A stretch of DNA of 64,000 bases from an uncultured Thermoleophilia bacterium (lineage in GTDB: Bacteria; Actinomycetota; Thermoleophilia; Gaiellales; Gaiellaceae), in NCBI GenBank assembly GCA_963851065.1, contig CAWKNW010000017.1, forward strand, positions 165,198 through 229,197, in the 5' to 3' direction. The notes under the pieces are model-generated. The model was given only the letters and a program-made list of their open reading frames with translations, ran no database searches and was not told the origin of the DNA. The stretch's first letter is position 1; the number at the start of each line of letters is the position of its first letter. Positions 54,938 to 63,796 of the stretch are shown here, in pieces. The position numbers and the translations under genes are program-made.

Positions 54938-56505
54938 CCGCCCTCTACCGCAAGTACCGGCCCCAGACGTTCGCGGAGGTGGTCGGGCAGGAAGCGGTCG
55001 TCCGGACGCTCACCAACGCGATCGAGCAGGACAAGGTCCGTCAGGCGTACCTCTTCGCCGGCCCCCGGGGAACCGGGAAGACCTCGCTCGCTCGCATCCT
55101 CGCGAAGTCGATCAACTGTGCGCACGGCCCGACGGCGACACCGGACGGCACCTGCCACTCTTGCGTCGCGATCGCGGCCGGCACGTCGCTCGACGTCATC
55201 GAGATGGACGCGGCGTCGCAGCGCGGGATCGACGACATTCGCGAGATCCGCGATCGCGCGGCGCTGCAGCCGGTCGAGGGCCGGATGAAGGTGTACATCC
55301 TCGACGAGGCGCATCAGCTGACCGATGCTGCGTGGAACGCGCTGCTCAAGCTGATCGAGGAGCCGCCGCCCCACCTCCTCTTCATCTTCTGCACCACCGA
55401 GCTGCAGAAGGTCATCCCCACCGTGCGCTCGCGCTGCCAGGCGTTCGTCTTCGAGCGCCCGCGGCTTCCCGATCTGGTACGCAAGCTGCGCCGGATCGCG
55501 GACGCCGAGGGGATCGACGTGCCCGACGCCGCCCTCCACCTGCTCGCCCGCAGCGGGCGCGGCGCCTATCGCGACGCGGAGTCGACGCTGGACCAGCTCG
55601 CCTCCGCGACCGGCGGCGCGATCGGCGTCCAGGACGTCCTTCAGCTTCTGGGCACGGTCGAGGACGAAGTGCTGTTCCGGCTCTGCGACCTCATCGTCGA
55701 CGGCGACACGGCGGGTGCGCTCACATTTCTCGAAGAGCTGTCGGAGCGCGGCCAGGATCTGGGGCGACTCGTCACCGACCTGCTCGAGCACCTCCGTCAC
55801 CTGATGCTCGTTCAGCACCTCGGCGAGGTACCGGGCTCACTGCCGGTCACCGAGGAGTCGCGCGAGCGCCTGCGTGAGCAGGCGAACCAGCTCCCCGCGC
55901 CGGCGGTGATCCGCCTCATCGACCTGCTGGCGGTCGCCGTCGACGACATGCGCCAGGGCGGAGACCCACGGCTGCCGCTCGAGCTCGCACTCGTCAAGGT
56001 GACGCGCCCGGCCTCCGACCTGTCGCGCGAGTCGGTCGGATTCCGGCTCGACCGGCTCGAGGCCGGAGCGCCCGCTCAGCCGTCGCCACCCCGGGCCGAG
56101 CCGCCGCAGCCCGCCCCCCACGGCGGCGAGCCGGCACCGACGGGCTCGGTCGACCTGGGACAGCTCCAGGAGGCCTGGCGGCGCTCGATCCTGCCCGCGA
56201 TCGAACAGCGGTCGATCCCGATCGGCAAGACCCTGGCAGAGGCGCACCCGGCGAGCCTCGCCGGCGACACGCTGACGCTCGAGTTCCCCCAGACCGCGGC
56301 GTTCCACCTGCGTCTGGCCGAGGATCCGAAGAACGCGGCGATGCTGCGCGAGGCGCTGTACGAGGTGACAGGGCGGGAGCTCGCCGTCACCTTCGAGCTG
56401 GGCGACGAGCAGGAGGCGGCCGAGGACGACGACGCCCCGGCAGGCGAGGAGGACGTCCTGAAGCTGCTGCAGAGCACCTTCGACGCGCGGGAGCTGGACG
56501 AATGA
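54934..56505 (+). CDS. dnaX: DNA polymerase III subunit gamma/tau
   Basis: The 523-aa protein contains ALYRKYRPQTFAEVVGQ, GPRGTGKTS, a C-x-C zinc module, YILDEAHQL and SRCQ. Its GTG start overlaps the kinase stop (GTGA at 54934-54937). Confidence 0.95.
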   Translation: MTALYRKYRPQTFAEVVGQEAVVRTLTNAIEQDKVRQAYLFAGPRGTGKTSLARILAKSINCAHGPTATPDGTCHSCVAIAAGTSLDVIEMDAASQRGIDDIREIRDRAALQPVEGRMKVYILDEAHQLTDAAWNALLKLIEEPPPHLLFIFCTTELQKVIPTVRSRCQAFVFERPRLPDLVRKLRRIADAEGIDVPDAALHLLARSGRGAYRDAESTLDQLASATGGAIGVQDVLQLLGTVEDEVLFRLCDLIVDGDTAGALTFLEELSERGQDLGRLVTDLLEHLRHLMLVQHLGEVPGSLPVTEESRERLREQANQLPAPAVIRLIDLLAVAVDDMRQGGDPRLPLELALVKVTRPASDLSRESVGFRLDRLEAGAPAQPSPPRAEPPQPAPHGGEPAPTGSVDLGQLQEAWRRSILPAIEQRSIPIGKTLAEAHPASLAGDTLTLEFPQTAAFHLRLAEDPKNAAMLREALYEVTGRELAVTFELGDEQEAAEDDDAPAGEEDVLKLLQSTFDARELDE

Positions 56506-56532
56506 GCGGAGGGTTTCGACCTCGACGCGCTG

Positions 56533-56829
56533 ATGAAGCAGGCGCAAGAGATGCAGGCGCAGGTGCAGAAGCTGCAGGAGGAGGCGGGCAACGAGATCGT
56601 CACCGCGACCGCCGGCGGCGGCATGGTCACGGTGACCGCGACCGCGGCCGGCGAGATCAAGCAGATCGAGATCGACCCGAAGGCGATCGACCCGAGCGAT
56701 CCCGAGCTGCTCGCCGACCTCGTGACCGCCGCCGTCAACGAGGCGCTTCGGAACGGCCAGGCGCTCCTGGCCTCGAAGCTCGGCGAGGCGATGCCGCCCG
56801 GCCTCGGCGGCCTGCTGCCGGGGCTGTAG
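56533..56829 (+). CDS. ybaB: nucleoid-associated protein YbaB/EbfC
   Basis: The 98-aa protein contains MKQAQEMQAQVQKLQEE, GGGMVTVT and DPELLADLVTAAVNEA. Confidence 0.9.
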   Translation: MKQAQEMQAQVQKLQEEAGNEIVTATAGGGMVTVTATAAGEIKQIEIDPKAIDPSDPELLADLVTAAVNEALRNGQALLASKLGEAMPPGLGGLLPGL

Positions 56830-56865
56830 GCCTTCCCAGCCGATGCGCGGGGGCACAATGCAGGC

Positions 56866-57456
56866 GTGTTCAGCCCGTCGGTCGAGAATCTCGTCGCCCA
56901 GCTGACGCGTCTCCCCGGGATCGGAGCGCGCACGGCCCAGCGTCTGGCGTTTCACATCCTGCAGCGTCCCGCCGACGAGGCGCTGGCGCTCGCCGGCGCG
57001 CTGACCGACGTGAAGGAGCGCGTCCGCTTCTGTGTCGAGTGCGGCAACCTGACCGAAGAGGAGCGATGCGGCATCTGCACGGACACACGCCGCGACCACG
57101 CGCTCATCTGCGTGGTCGAGCAACCGGTCGACCTCGTGTCACTCGAGCGAACGCACGAGTTCCGTGGTCTCTACCACGTGCTCGGCGGCGCACTGAGCCC
57201 GCTCGACGGTGTCGAGCCGAGCGACCTTCGCATCGACGAGTTGATCGAGCGCGTCGAGGCGAACGGCGTGCAGGAGGTCGTGCTCGCCACGAACCCGAAC
57301 ATGACGGGCGAAGCGACCGCAGCATTCCTGGCCGACCGGCTACGTGGACGCGTCCGCGTCACGCGGCTCGCCAGCGGTCTCCCGGTGGGCGGGGACCTCG
57401 AATACGCCGACGAGGTCACCCTCGGCCGCGCGCTCACGGGCCGTCGCGAGATGTGA
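56866..57456 (+). CDS. recR: recombination protein RecR
   Basis: The 196-aa protein has the helix-hairpin-helix LPGIGARTAQRLAFH, the zinc finger CVECGNL...CGIC and the Toprim region VVLATNPNMTGEATA. Confidence 0.95.
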   Translation: MFSPSVENLVAQLTRLPGIGARTAQRLAFHILQRPADEALALAGALTDVKERVRFCVECGNLTEEERCGICTDTRRDHALICVVEQPVDLVSLERTHEFRGLYHVLGGALSPLDGVEPSDLRIDELIERVEANGVQEVVLATNPNMTGEATAAFLADRLRGRVRVTRLASGLPVGGDLEYADEVTLGRALTGRREM

Positions 57457-57882
57457 CGGGTCTTCGTGGCCGAGCGCGACGCCGACGGCGAGCGTCAGGA
57501 AGCGCTCCGTTCGGTAGGCGATCCAGAAGCAGAGAGCGGCGACCGGCAGCTCCGCGAAGACCGCTTCGATGATCGCCGTCCGCGTCTCGGCTCCGTGGCT
57601 CTCCAACACGACGTCGAACCACGCGTCGGCAAGCAGGAGCGTTCCGGTCGCGGCCGCGAACGCTGCGACCCACGGCGAGCGGCGCCATGCGGCGACCGCC
57701 GTTCCGGCGAAGCCAATGGCGAGGCCGATGTCGAACCCGGTCCACGCGACGTCCCAACGGCGGGAGAGGTGCTCCGGCGGCAGCGACGCCGACAGCCAGA
57801 TCGCCCACGGCACGAGAGCGATGCCGATCGCGGCGAAGACCGGGACGACCCAGTCGCGCAAGGTTCTCGGGCGGTGGCGCAA
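57340..57882 (-). CDS. hypothetical 4-TM membrane protein
   Basis: This is the internal part of track ORF 57340..58062, read from an in-frame TTG. Hydrophobic segments include [56 protein letters not shown] and [17 protein letters not shown]. The 3' tail overlaps recR antisense by 117 nt. Both ends are uncertain. Confidence 0.5.
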   Translation of the reverse strand: MRHRPRTLRDWVVPVFAAIGIALVPWAIWLSASLPPEHLSRRWDVAWTGFDIGLAIGFAGTAVAAWRRSPWVAAFAAATGTLLLADAWFDVVLESHGAETRTAIIEAVFAELPVAALCFWIAYRTERFLTLAVGVALGHEDPSHLATARERAAEGDLVGVFEVPAHRETAGEPRDADAST

Positions 57883-57904
57883 GGCGTCCCTACACTGTCG
57901 CAGA

Positions 57905-59134
57905 ATGGCCGTGGCCGAGTACGAGGCGATTCCGACTCTCGGGCAAGCCCCGCGTTCTCCGGGCGTCGTCGTCATGAAGTTCGGCGGCACCTCGGTCGGT
58001 GATGCGGAGCGGCTCAAGCGCGTCGCCCGCCGACTCGTCGCCGCGCGCGAGTCGGGCAGCAAGGTGGTCGGCGTCGTCTCGGCGATGGGACGTCAGACCG
58101 ACGAGCTGCTTTCGCTCGCGCATGACATCTCGGCGAGCCCGCAGCCGCGCGAGCTCGACATGCTGCTCTCCGTCGGCGAGCGAATCTCGTGCGCGCTCGT
58201 CGCGATGGCGATCGTCGACCTCGGGCACCGCGCGATCTCGCTCACCGGTTCCCAGGCTGGAATCGTGACCGACTCGTCGCACACGAAGGCGAAGATCGTC
58301 GAGGTGCGGGCGCGCCGGATCCACGAGGCGCTCGACCGCGACGAGATCGTGCTCGTCGCAGGGTTCCAGGGCGTCTCCAGCGAATCGCTCGACGTGACGA
58401 CGCTCGGTCGCGGCGGCTCCGACACGACGGCGGTCGCGCTTGCGGCCGCACTCGGTGCCGGCGCCTGCGAGATCTACACCGACGTCCGCGGCGTGTTCAC
58501 CGCTGATCCGCGGCTGGTGCCGGGAGCGCGCAAGCTCGACCGCGTCAGTTTCGAGGAGATGCTCGAGATGGCGTCGTCGGGGGCCGGAGTGATGATGGCG
58601 CGGTCGATCGAGATCGCACGGACGCACACTGTTCGTCTCAACGTTCGCTCCTCGTTCGAGGACGACGACGGGACGTGGATCACGGAGGAGGACGATCCGA
58701 TGCTCGAGAAGGCGCTGATCTCGGCGGTCGTGCACCAGCGGCAGGAGACGGTCTACCGCACCCACGGCACGACGCCGGCTCGGCTCTTCACCGCGCTTGC
58801 CGAGGCGAACGTCAACGTCGACACGATCCTGCAGGAGCGCGAGGGCGAGGTCGTCTTCTCGGCGCCGCCCGAGGACCGCGAGGCAGTCGTCAGCGCGCTC
58901 GACGGCCTCGACGCATCGTGGGAAGCGCGAGACGACCTCGGAAAGGTGTCGGTGATCGGTGCCGGCATGAAGAGCCACCCGGGCGTGGCCGCTCGCACGT
59001 TCGCGACACTCGAGCAGGCGGGCGTCAAGCCTGCGGTCGTCTCGACCTCGCCGATCAAGATCGCCTGCCACGTCGAGGCGTCACAGGTCGATGCCGCCGT
59101 CCGCGCTCTCCACGAGGCGTTCGACCTTGCGTGA
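57905..59134 (+). CDS. lysC: aspartate kinase (paralog 2), with C-terminal ACT domains
   Basis: It contains [25 protein letters not shown] and [17 protein letters not shown], plus two ACT-like repeats. The start is either the ATG at 57905 (TACACT -10-like box 9 nt upstream, so leaderless) or the ATG at 57974. Confidence 0.85.
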   Translation: MAVAEYEAIPTLGQAPRSPGVVVMKFGGTSVGDAERLKRVARRLVAARESGSKVVGVVSAMGRQTDELLSLAHDISASPQPRELDMLLSVGERISCALVAMAIVDLGHRAISLTGSQAGIVTDSSHTKAKIVEVRARRIHEALDRDEIVLVAGFQGVSSESLDVTTLGRGGSDTTAVALAAALGAGACEIYTDVRGVFTADPRLVPGARKLDRVSFEEMLEMASSGAGVMMARSIEIARTHTVRLNVRSSFEDDDGTWITEEDDPMLEKALISAVVHQRQETVYRTHGTTPARLFTALAEANVNVDTILQEREGEVVFSAPPEDREAVVSALDGLDASWEARDDLGKVSVIGAGMKSHPGVAARTFATLEQAGVKPAVVSTSPIKIACHVEASQVDAAVRALHEAFDLA

Positions 59135-60065
59135 GCAGCGCCGCATCGGCGTCGTCGGCGGCACGGGCGCGGTCGGCACGGTCACACTGGATCTCCTGCA
59201 GTCGCGCGGGTTCGATCACGTCCGCGTCTTTGCGTCCGCGCGTTCCGCGGGCAAGCTGGTCGGGGCCGCGACGGTCGAGGAAGCGACACCTGAAGCGCTG
59301 GCTCGGGGCGACATCGACCTGTTCCTCTTCTCCGTGGGCACGACCGCGTCACGCGAGCTCGTCCCTCACGCGGTGCGCGGCGGTGCGATCGCGATCGACA
59401 AGTCAGCGGCATACCGGCTCGCCCCGGACGTGCCGCTCGTGGTGCCGGAGGTGAACGGCGGTCGCGCGCTCGAGAACAACGGGATCGTCGCGAATCCGAA
59501 TTGCTGTGCGATCCCGCTCACATGCGTGCTGAAGCCGTTGCACGACGCCGCCGGTCTCGTCCGCGTACGCGTAGCGACGTACCAGTCGGTGTCCGGGGCG
59601 GGCGCCCAGGCGATGGAGCGGTTGCGCACCGAGCCCCAGGACGAGCACGACCTGCGCATGGACTGGTCGTTCGACGGCGAGGAGTTCGACGAGGAGGTGA
59701 AGCTCCGCGAGGAGACCCGCAAGATCCTCGAGCTGCCGGAGCTGCCGGTGCAGGCGACGTGCGTGCGCGTGCCGGTGATGATCGGCCACGCCGAGGCGGT
59801 CTGGGTCGAGCTCGAGGAGGAGCTCTCGACCGACCAGGCGCGCGGGCTGCTCGAAGCCGCGCCGTCGGTGCAGGTCGAGGACGTCCCGTCGCCCGGCAAG
59901 GCCCGCGGCCTCGACGACGTGCTCGTCGGGCGCATCCGCCGCGACCCGACCGTCGAGCGCGGCCTTGCGCTCTTCCTTGCGTCCGACAACCTGCGCAAGG
60001 GCGCAGCGCTCAACGCGATTCAGATCGCGGAGCTCCTCCTCGACCGCGAGCGCGCGGCGGCCTGA
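59127..60065 (+). CDS. asd: aspartate-semialdehyde dehydrogenase
   Basis: It contains [21 protein letters not shown] (active-site Cys) and SVSGAG. The TTG start overlaps the aspartokinase stop by 8 nt, and the exact start is uncertain. Confidence 0.9.
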   Translation: MREQRRIGVVGGTGAVGTVTLDLLQSRGFDHVRVFASARSAGKLVGAATVEEATPEALARGDIDLFLFSVGTTASRELVPHAVRGGAIAIDKSAAYRLAPDVPLVVPEVNGGRALENNGIVANPNCCAIPLTCVLKPLHDAAGLVRVRVATYQSVSGAGAQAMERLRTEPQDEHDLRMDWSFDGEEFDEEVKLREETRKILELPELPVQATCVRVPVMIGHAEAVWVELEEELSTDQARGLLEAAPSVQVEDVPSPGKARGLDDVLVGRIRRDPTVERGLALFLASDNLRKGAALNAIQIAELLLDRERAAA

Positions 60066-60070
60066 AACCC

Positions 60071-60098
60071 GGTGCCTGGCACCGAGGTGCCAGGCACC
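60071..60098. terminator. stem-loop terminator after asd (between convergent genes)
   Basis: GGTGCCTGGCAC-CGAG-GTGCCAGGCACC is a perfect 12-bp stem with a 4-nt loop. It is followed by TTACTTTC on the plus strand and begins 6 nt after the asd stop. Confidence 0.65.
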
Positions 60099-60108
60099 TT
60101 ACTTTCGC

Positions 60109-60732
60109 CTACGGCCGCGGTGCGGGCACGGGCTCGGGGACCCCGAAAGCTTCCTTCACGACGCGCAGCACCTTCTCCCTCGTCCCCTCGGCGACCGGCT
60201 GGAGGCCGCCGAGCTCGAGCCGCGAGAGCGACACGCGCCCGGCCGCGCGGAGGGCCCGGAACCCGAAGTCGGCCAGGAAGTCCTGCGGGAACACGGTCCG
60301 GTGCACACGGAAGCGCTCGTAGCTCGACTCGCCCTCCGAGTACCGGTACGAGAACGCTTCCAGGCCATGGAAGCCGCGCTCGCGCGCCTCGCCGATCGCC
60401 GCCAGGAACAACGACTGGAGCACCCACGGGCTCGAGGGATCGACGAGGTAGGCACACGTGACGAGCATGGCGTCGTTCGAAGGAGGTCCCCCCGGCAGTT
60501 CGTACGCGCGTGGAAACGACTGCGCCGGCCCGTACTGCATCGACGCGAGCACCCGCTCGTCGGCGTCGTAGTAGACGGTTCCGAATGCTCCGAACTCGAG
60601 CTCGACCTTCTCCATCCACCGGTCCTTGTCGAGCGCCCGCCGGCCGCGCGTCTGCCACCAGACGCATTCGTGGCAGACCGACGGAGCGGTCTCGAGCGTG
60701 AGCTTCGTCAGCCCGGCGAGGCGAGTGGGCAT
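60109..60732 (-). CDS. conserved hypothetical protein (possibly acetyltransferase-fold)
   Basis: This is 207 aa from the internal ATG of track ORF 60109..61110. It has N-terminal CHEC and WWQ motifs and good GC3 bias. The function is not recognised with confidence. Its ATG overlaps the upstream stop (TGATG). Confidence 0.55.
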   Translation of the reverse strand: MPTRLAGLTKLTLETAPSVCHECVWWQTRGRRALDKDRWMEKVELEFGAFGTVYYDADERVLASMQYGPAQSFPRAYELPGGPPSNDAMLVTCAYLVDPSSPWVLQSLFLAAIGEARERGFHGLEAFSYRYSEGESSYERFRVHRTVFPQDFLADFGFRALRAAGRVSLSRLELGGLQPVAEGTREKVLRVVKEAFGVPEPVPAPRP

Positions 60733-61001
60733 CAGCGGCGGGCGACGTCGTCGACGACGACGTGAACGGCAACGGGCCGAACATCCGCCATCCGCTCGAG
60801 ATAGTCGAGCACGCGCTGCTGCACCTCCGCCGCGACGGCCGGAATGTCGGCGCCGTAGTCGACGACCACGTGCACCTCGATCTCGCCGTCGGCGGCTCGT
60901 GCCGCACGGCGCTGCTTCGTGTGGACGCCCGGAACCTCGGCCGCCGCGTCGACGGCGTACCGTGCGAGCACCTCGGAGGAGATCACGCTGTGTCCTTCCA
61001 T
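60732..61001 (-). CDS. Asp23/Gls24-family envelope-stress protein
   Basis: The 89-aa sequence is MEGHSVISSEVLARYAVDAAAEVPGV...IEVHVVVDYGADIPAVAAEVQQRV. An alternative ATG lies 4 codons upstream. Confidence 0.8.
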   Translation of the reverse strand: MEGHSVISSEVLARYAVDAAAEVPGVHTKQRRAARAADGEIEVHVVVDYGADIPAVAAEVQQRVLDYLERMADVRPVAVHVVVDDVARR

Positions 61002-61786
61002 CTCTCCGCACATCGTAGGACGAGCTCGGTCGCTTCGGGGCGCGCGAAGTAACGGAACGGGACGAAGGTCGTGCCGAGCCCGGGCGAGACGTGCATCGTC
61101 GTCGCCCCACGCCGATAGACGCCCTGGGCGTAGCGGGCGCGGGGATGAGCGAGCAGCAGCCGTCCGCCGGCGTACGGGACGACGATCTGGCCGGCGTGGA
61201 GGTGACCGGCGAGGATCAGGCTCCACCGGCCGGGCGGGGCGAAGTCGATCACGCGTGGGAAGTGGCAGAGCAGCAGCCGGAAGGGAGCGTCCGACGGCGC
61301 GAAACCGCTGCCGCGGCGAGCGAGCCAGAAACGCGGATCGACGCCCGCGACCTCGATCCGGCACCCGCGCTGCACGATCTCGACGCTCTCGTCCCGAAGC
61401 AACTGCCCGGCGCCGATGCCCTCGAGCGAGACCGGGCGCGAGAACGGGTCCCGGGTCAACGCGTGGTCGTGGTTGCCGAGCACGACGAACGGCGAGCCGA
61501 GCCGCTGGAGCAGCCGCTCGAGAAGCGGCGTCCCGCGCGGTCGCGAGACCAGGTCGCCCGTCACGCACACGAGGTCAGGCTCGCGACCGGCGACCCAGTC
61601 GACGGCTCGCTCGACGGCGTGCCGGCCGCGCGACGGAACGCCGAGATGGAAGTCCGAGAGGTGGGCGATCCGGAGCCCGTCCAGCTCACCCGGCAGCCCC
61701 GGCACCGGTAGCTCCAGCACGCGAAGCCGCACCCAGCCCGCCTCGAACGCACCCCAGCCCAACCCTGCGAGTGCGACCGCACCCAC
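60983..61786 (-). CDS. calcineurin-like metallophosphoesterase (YaeI/YkuE-like)
   Basis: This is 267 aa from the in-frame GTG. Motifs are HLSDFHLG, VTGDLV, VLGNHD, GHLHAG and an N-terminal TM-like segment. Confidence 0.8.
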   Translation of the reverse strand: MGAVALAGLGWGAFEAGWVRLRVLELPVPGLPGELDGLRIAHLSDFHLGVPSRGRHAVERAVDWVAGREPDLVCVTGDLVSRPRGTPLLERLLQRLGSPFVVLGNHDHALTRDPFSRPVSLEGIGAGQLLRDESVEIVQRGCRIEVAGVDPRFWLARRGSGFAPSDAPFRLLLCHFPRVIDFAPPGRWSLILAGHLHAGQIVVPYAGGRLLLAHPRARYAQGVYRRGATTMHVSPGLGTTFVPFRYFARPEATELVLRCAERWKDTA

Positions 61787-61812
61787 AGCGACGGCGTGTC
61801 TGTGTGCGACGC

Positions 61813-62697
61813 TCAGACCTCGATCTTCTCGAGCATCGGCTTCACCGACACCACGTGCCGCTTGAACCTGAGCTCGGACTCCTCGAGGCCCGCGGCGACA
61901 CCGACCAGCTGTGAGAGATGGAGGATCGGCATCTTGAAGTCGCGACCGGTCGCCGCCTTGAGCTTGGACTGCCACGCATCCAGCGAGAGATGGCACAACG
62001 GGCACGGGGTGACCATCGCATCGGCTCCAGCCTCGACCGCCTGCTCGATCGGCTGGATCAGCTCTCCGAGAGCAGTCTCCTCGCGTGCCTGGATGATCGG
62101 GAACCCGCAGCACTTGATCTTCGCCGGATAGTCGATCGCCTCGCCCCCGCAGGCCTCGATGATGCGCTCGAGGGACCACGGCCGGTCCGGGTCCTCGAAT
62201 CCCTGGATGCGCGAGGGGCGGAGGATCTGGCAACCGTAGAACGGTGCGATCTTCAGTCCTTTGAGACCGCGGTGCGCTGCGGTCTTCAGCTTCTCGTAGC
62301 CCTCACCCTCGGCGATCTCCCAGAGCAGGTGCCTCACGTCGACGTCACGCTCGTACGCGGGAACGCCTATCGAGACCAGGTTCTCGTTGATTCGTGCCCG
62401 CAGGTCGGTGTCGCCGACGAGCATGAAGTTCGCCTGGCGCAGGTTCAGCGTGCAGACGTTGCAGACCGTCAAGAGCGTGTCCACGCCTTCGGCGGCCGCG
62501 TACGCCAGGATGCGCGCGTTGAGGTGGAGGTAGTAGTCGGGCTCGGCTTCGTGAATGTCGCCGGCGCCGCAGCACGTCACCGACTCGAGCTCCACGAGCT
62601 CGAGGCCGACCTTCGGCGCGAGCGCCTGCGTGGCCGAGTCCAGCTCCTTCGCCGACAGCGAGGCGAGACAGCCCTTGTAGTACGCGACCCGCCTCAT
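61813..62697 (-). CDS. CCG-domain (HdrB-like) subunit of a type-E-like succinate dehydrogenase / fumarate reductase
   Basis: This is 294 aa from the internal ATG of track ORF 61813..63579. It has two Cys-rich CCG motifs (VTCCGAGD, KCCGFPI) plus CNVC and PCPLCH. It has an ATGA overlap with the sdhB stop. Confidence 0.85.
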   Translation of the reverse strand: MRRVAYYKGCLASLSAKELDSATQALAPKVGLELVELESVTCCGAGDIHEAEPDYYLHLNARILAYAAAEGVDTLLTVCNVCTLNLRQANFMLVGDTDLRARINENLVSIGVPAYERDVDVRHLLWEIAEGEGYEKLKTAAHRGLKGLKIAPFYGCQILRPSRIQGFEDPDRPWSLERIIEACGGEAIDYPAKIKCCGFPIIQAREETALGELIQPIEQAVEAGADAMVTPCPLCHLSLDAWQSKLKAATGRDFKMPILHLSQLVGVAAGLEESELRFKRHVVSVKPMLEKIEV

Positions 62698-63794
62698 GCC
62701 GTCGTCACTCCCTCCTCGTCTGCGATGTACGGGCGCGGGAACGCGCCCGGCCGTTCGTAGATCTGTTCGAGCGTCTCGTCCGAGCCGTGCCCGTGCGCGA
62801 GCTTCGCGAGCGCGCGCTCGCCCTGAACGATGCCGGCGTATCCGCTCACTCCCTGGTCGCGAACCAGGTCGTGCAGGTGTCGCGCCTCGCGGACGTTCTT
62901 CGCCACGTGCGGAGGGACGGGCAATGGGACCTTTCCCTTGGCCGCCAGATCGAGCGCGAAGCGGGTCTGCTTGATCGCCGCGACGATACCCTGCGTCTTC
63001 GGGACGAGCTCGGTCTCCCGGAGCCAGCCCGTGGTCTTCGCGGAGACGACGAACCACCTCGCGTGCTTCGCTCCCATGTCGCCGTCGATGCCCTCCTTCA
63101 TCGACTCGGCGCCGAGCTTGGCGATCGCGTCGCGCGGATCCACACCCTTCGGGCACCGCTCGTTGCAGAAGTAGCAGCGCGTGCACTCCCAGATGCCGTG
63201 CTCGCCGTTGAGCGCGTCGAGACGCTCTACCTTGTGCCCGTCGCGCGGGTCGCCGACGAAGCGCATGGCCTTCGCAAGAGCCTGCGGCCCGGTGAACCGC
63301 GGGTCGGACTCCATCGCGTTGCACTCCGAGACGCAGCAGCCACAGTTGATGCAGAGCGACTCCTTGTGGATCACGTTCATGCGCTCCTGGCGGATCACGT
63401 TCTCCTTGCCGAGCGGAGGCTCGTCGTAGCCGGGGCGCAGGAAGGGGTCGACGCTCCTGAACTTCTCCCAGAAGGGGCCCATGTCGACCACGAGGTCCTT
63501 GACGATCGGGAGGTTGCCCATCGCGGAGATCACCGGGACGTGGCCCGCCTGCGCGACGTCGTACATGCGCACCTGACACGCGAGCACGGCGGCGCCGTCC
63601 ATGCGCATCCCGCAGGAGCCGCAGATCATCATCCGGCAGCTCTTGCGATAGGCCAGCGTGCCGTCGTGCTTGTCCTTGACGATGTCGAGGCAGTCGAGGA
63701 GCGTCGCCTCCTCGGGCGCGTCGACCTCGAACTCCGCCAGCTCCCGCTCGCCGCTGCGCGCGTTGTAGCGCCAGACCTTGAGGCCGACCTGCAC
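62694..63794 (-). CDS. sdhB: succinate dehydrogenase/fumarate reductase iron-sulfur subunit with a ~110-aa C-terminal extension
   Basis: The 366-aa protein has the 2Fe-2S motif CRMMICGSCGMRMDGAAVLAC, the 4Fe-4S motif CINCGCCVSEC and a third cluster motif CTRCYFCNERCP with four Cys. Confidence 0.9.
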   Translation of the reverse strand: MQVGLKVWRYNARSGERELAEFEVDAPEEATLLDCLDIVKDKHDGTLAYRKSCRMMICGSCGMRMDGAAVLACQVRMYDVAQAGHVPVISAMGNLPIVKDLVVDMGPFWEKFRSVDPFLRPGYDEPPLGKENVIRQERMNVIHKESLCINCGCCVSECNAMESDPRFTGPQALAKAMRFVGDPRDGHKVERLDALNGEHGIWECTRCYFCNERCPKGVDPRDAIAKLGAESMKEGIDGDMGAKHARWFVVSAKTTGWLRETELVPKTQGIVAAIKQTRFALDLAAKGKVPLPVPPHVAKNVREARHLHDLVRDQGVSGYAGIVQGERALAKLAHGHGSDETLEQIYERPGAFPRPYIADEEGVTTA

Positions 63795-63796
63795 GG

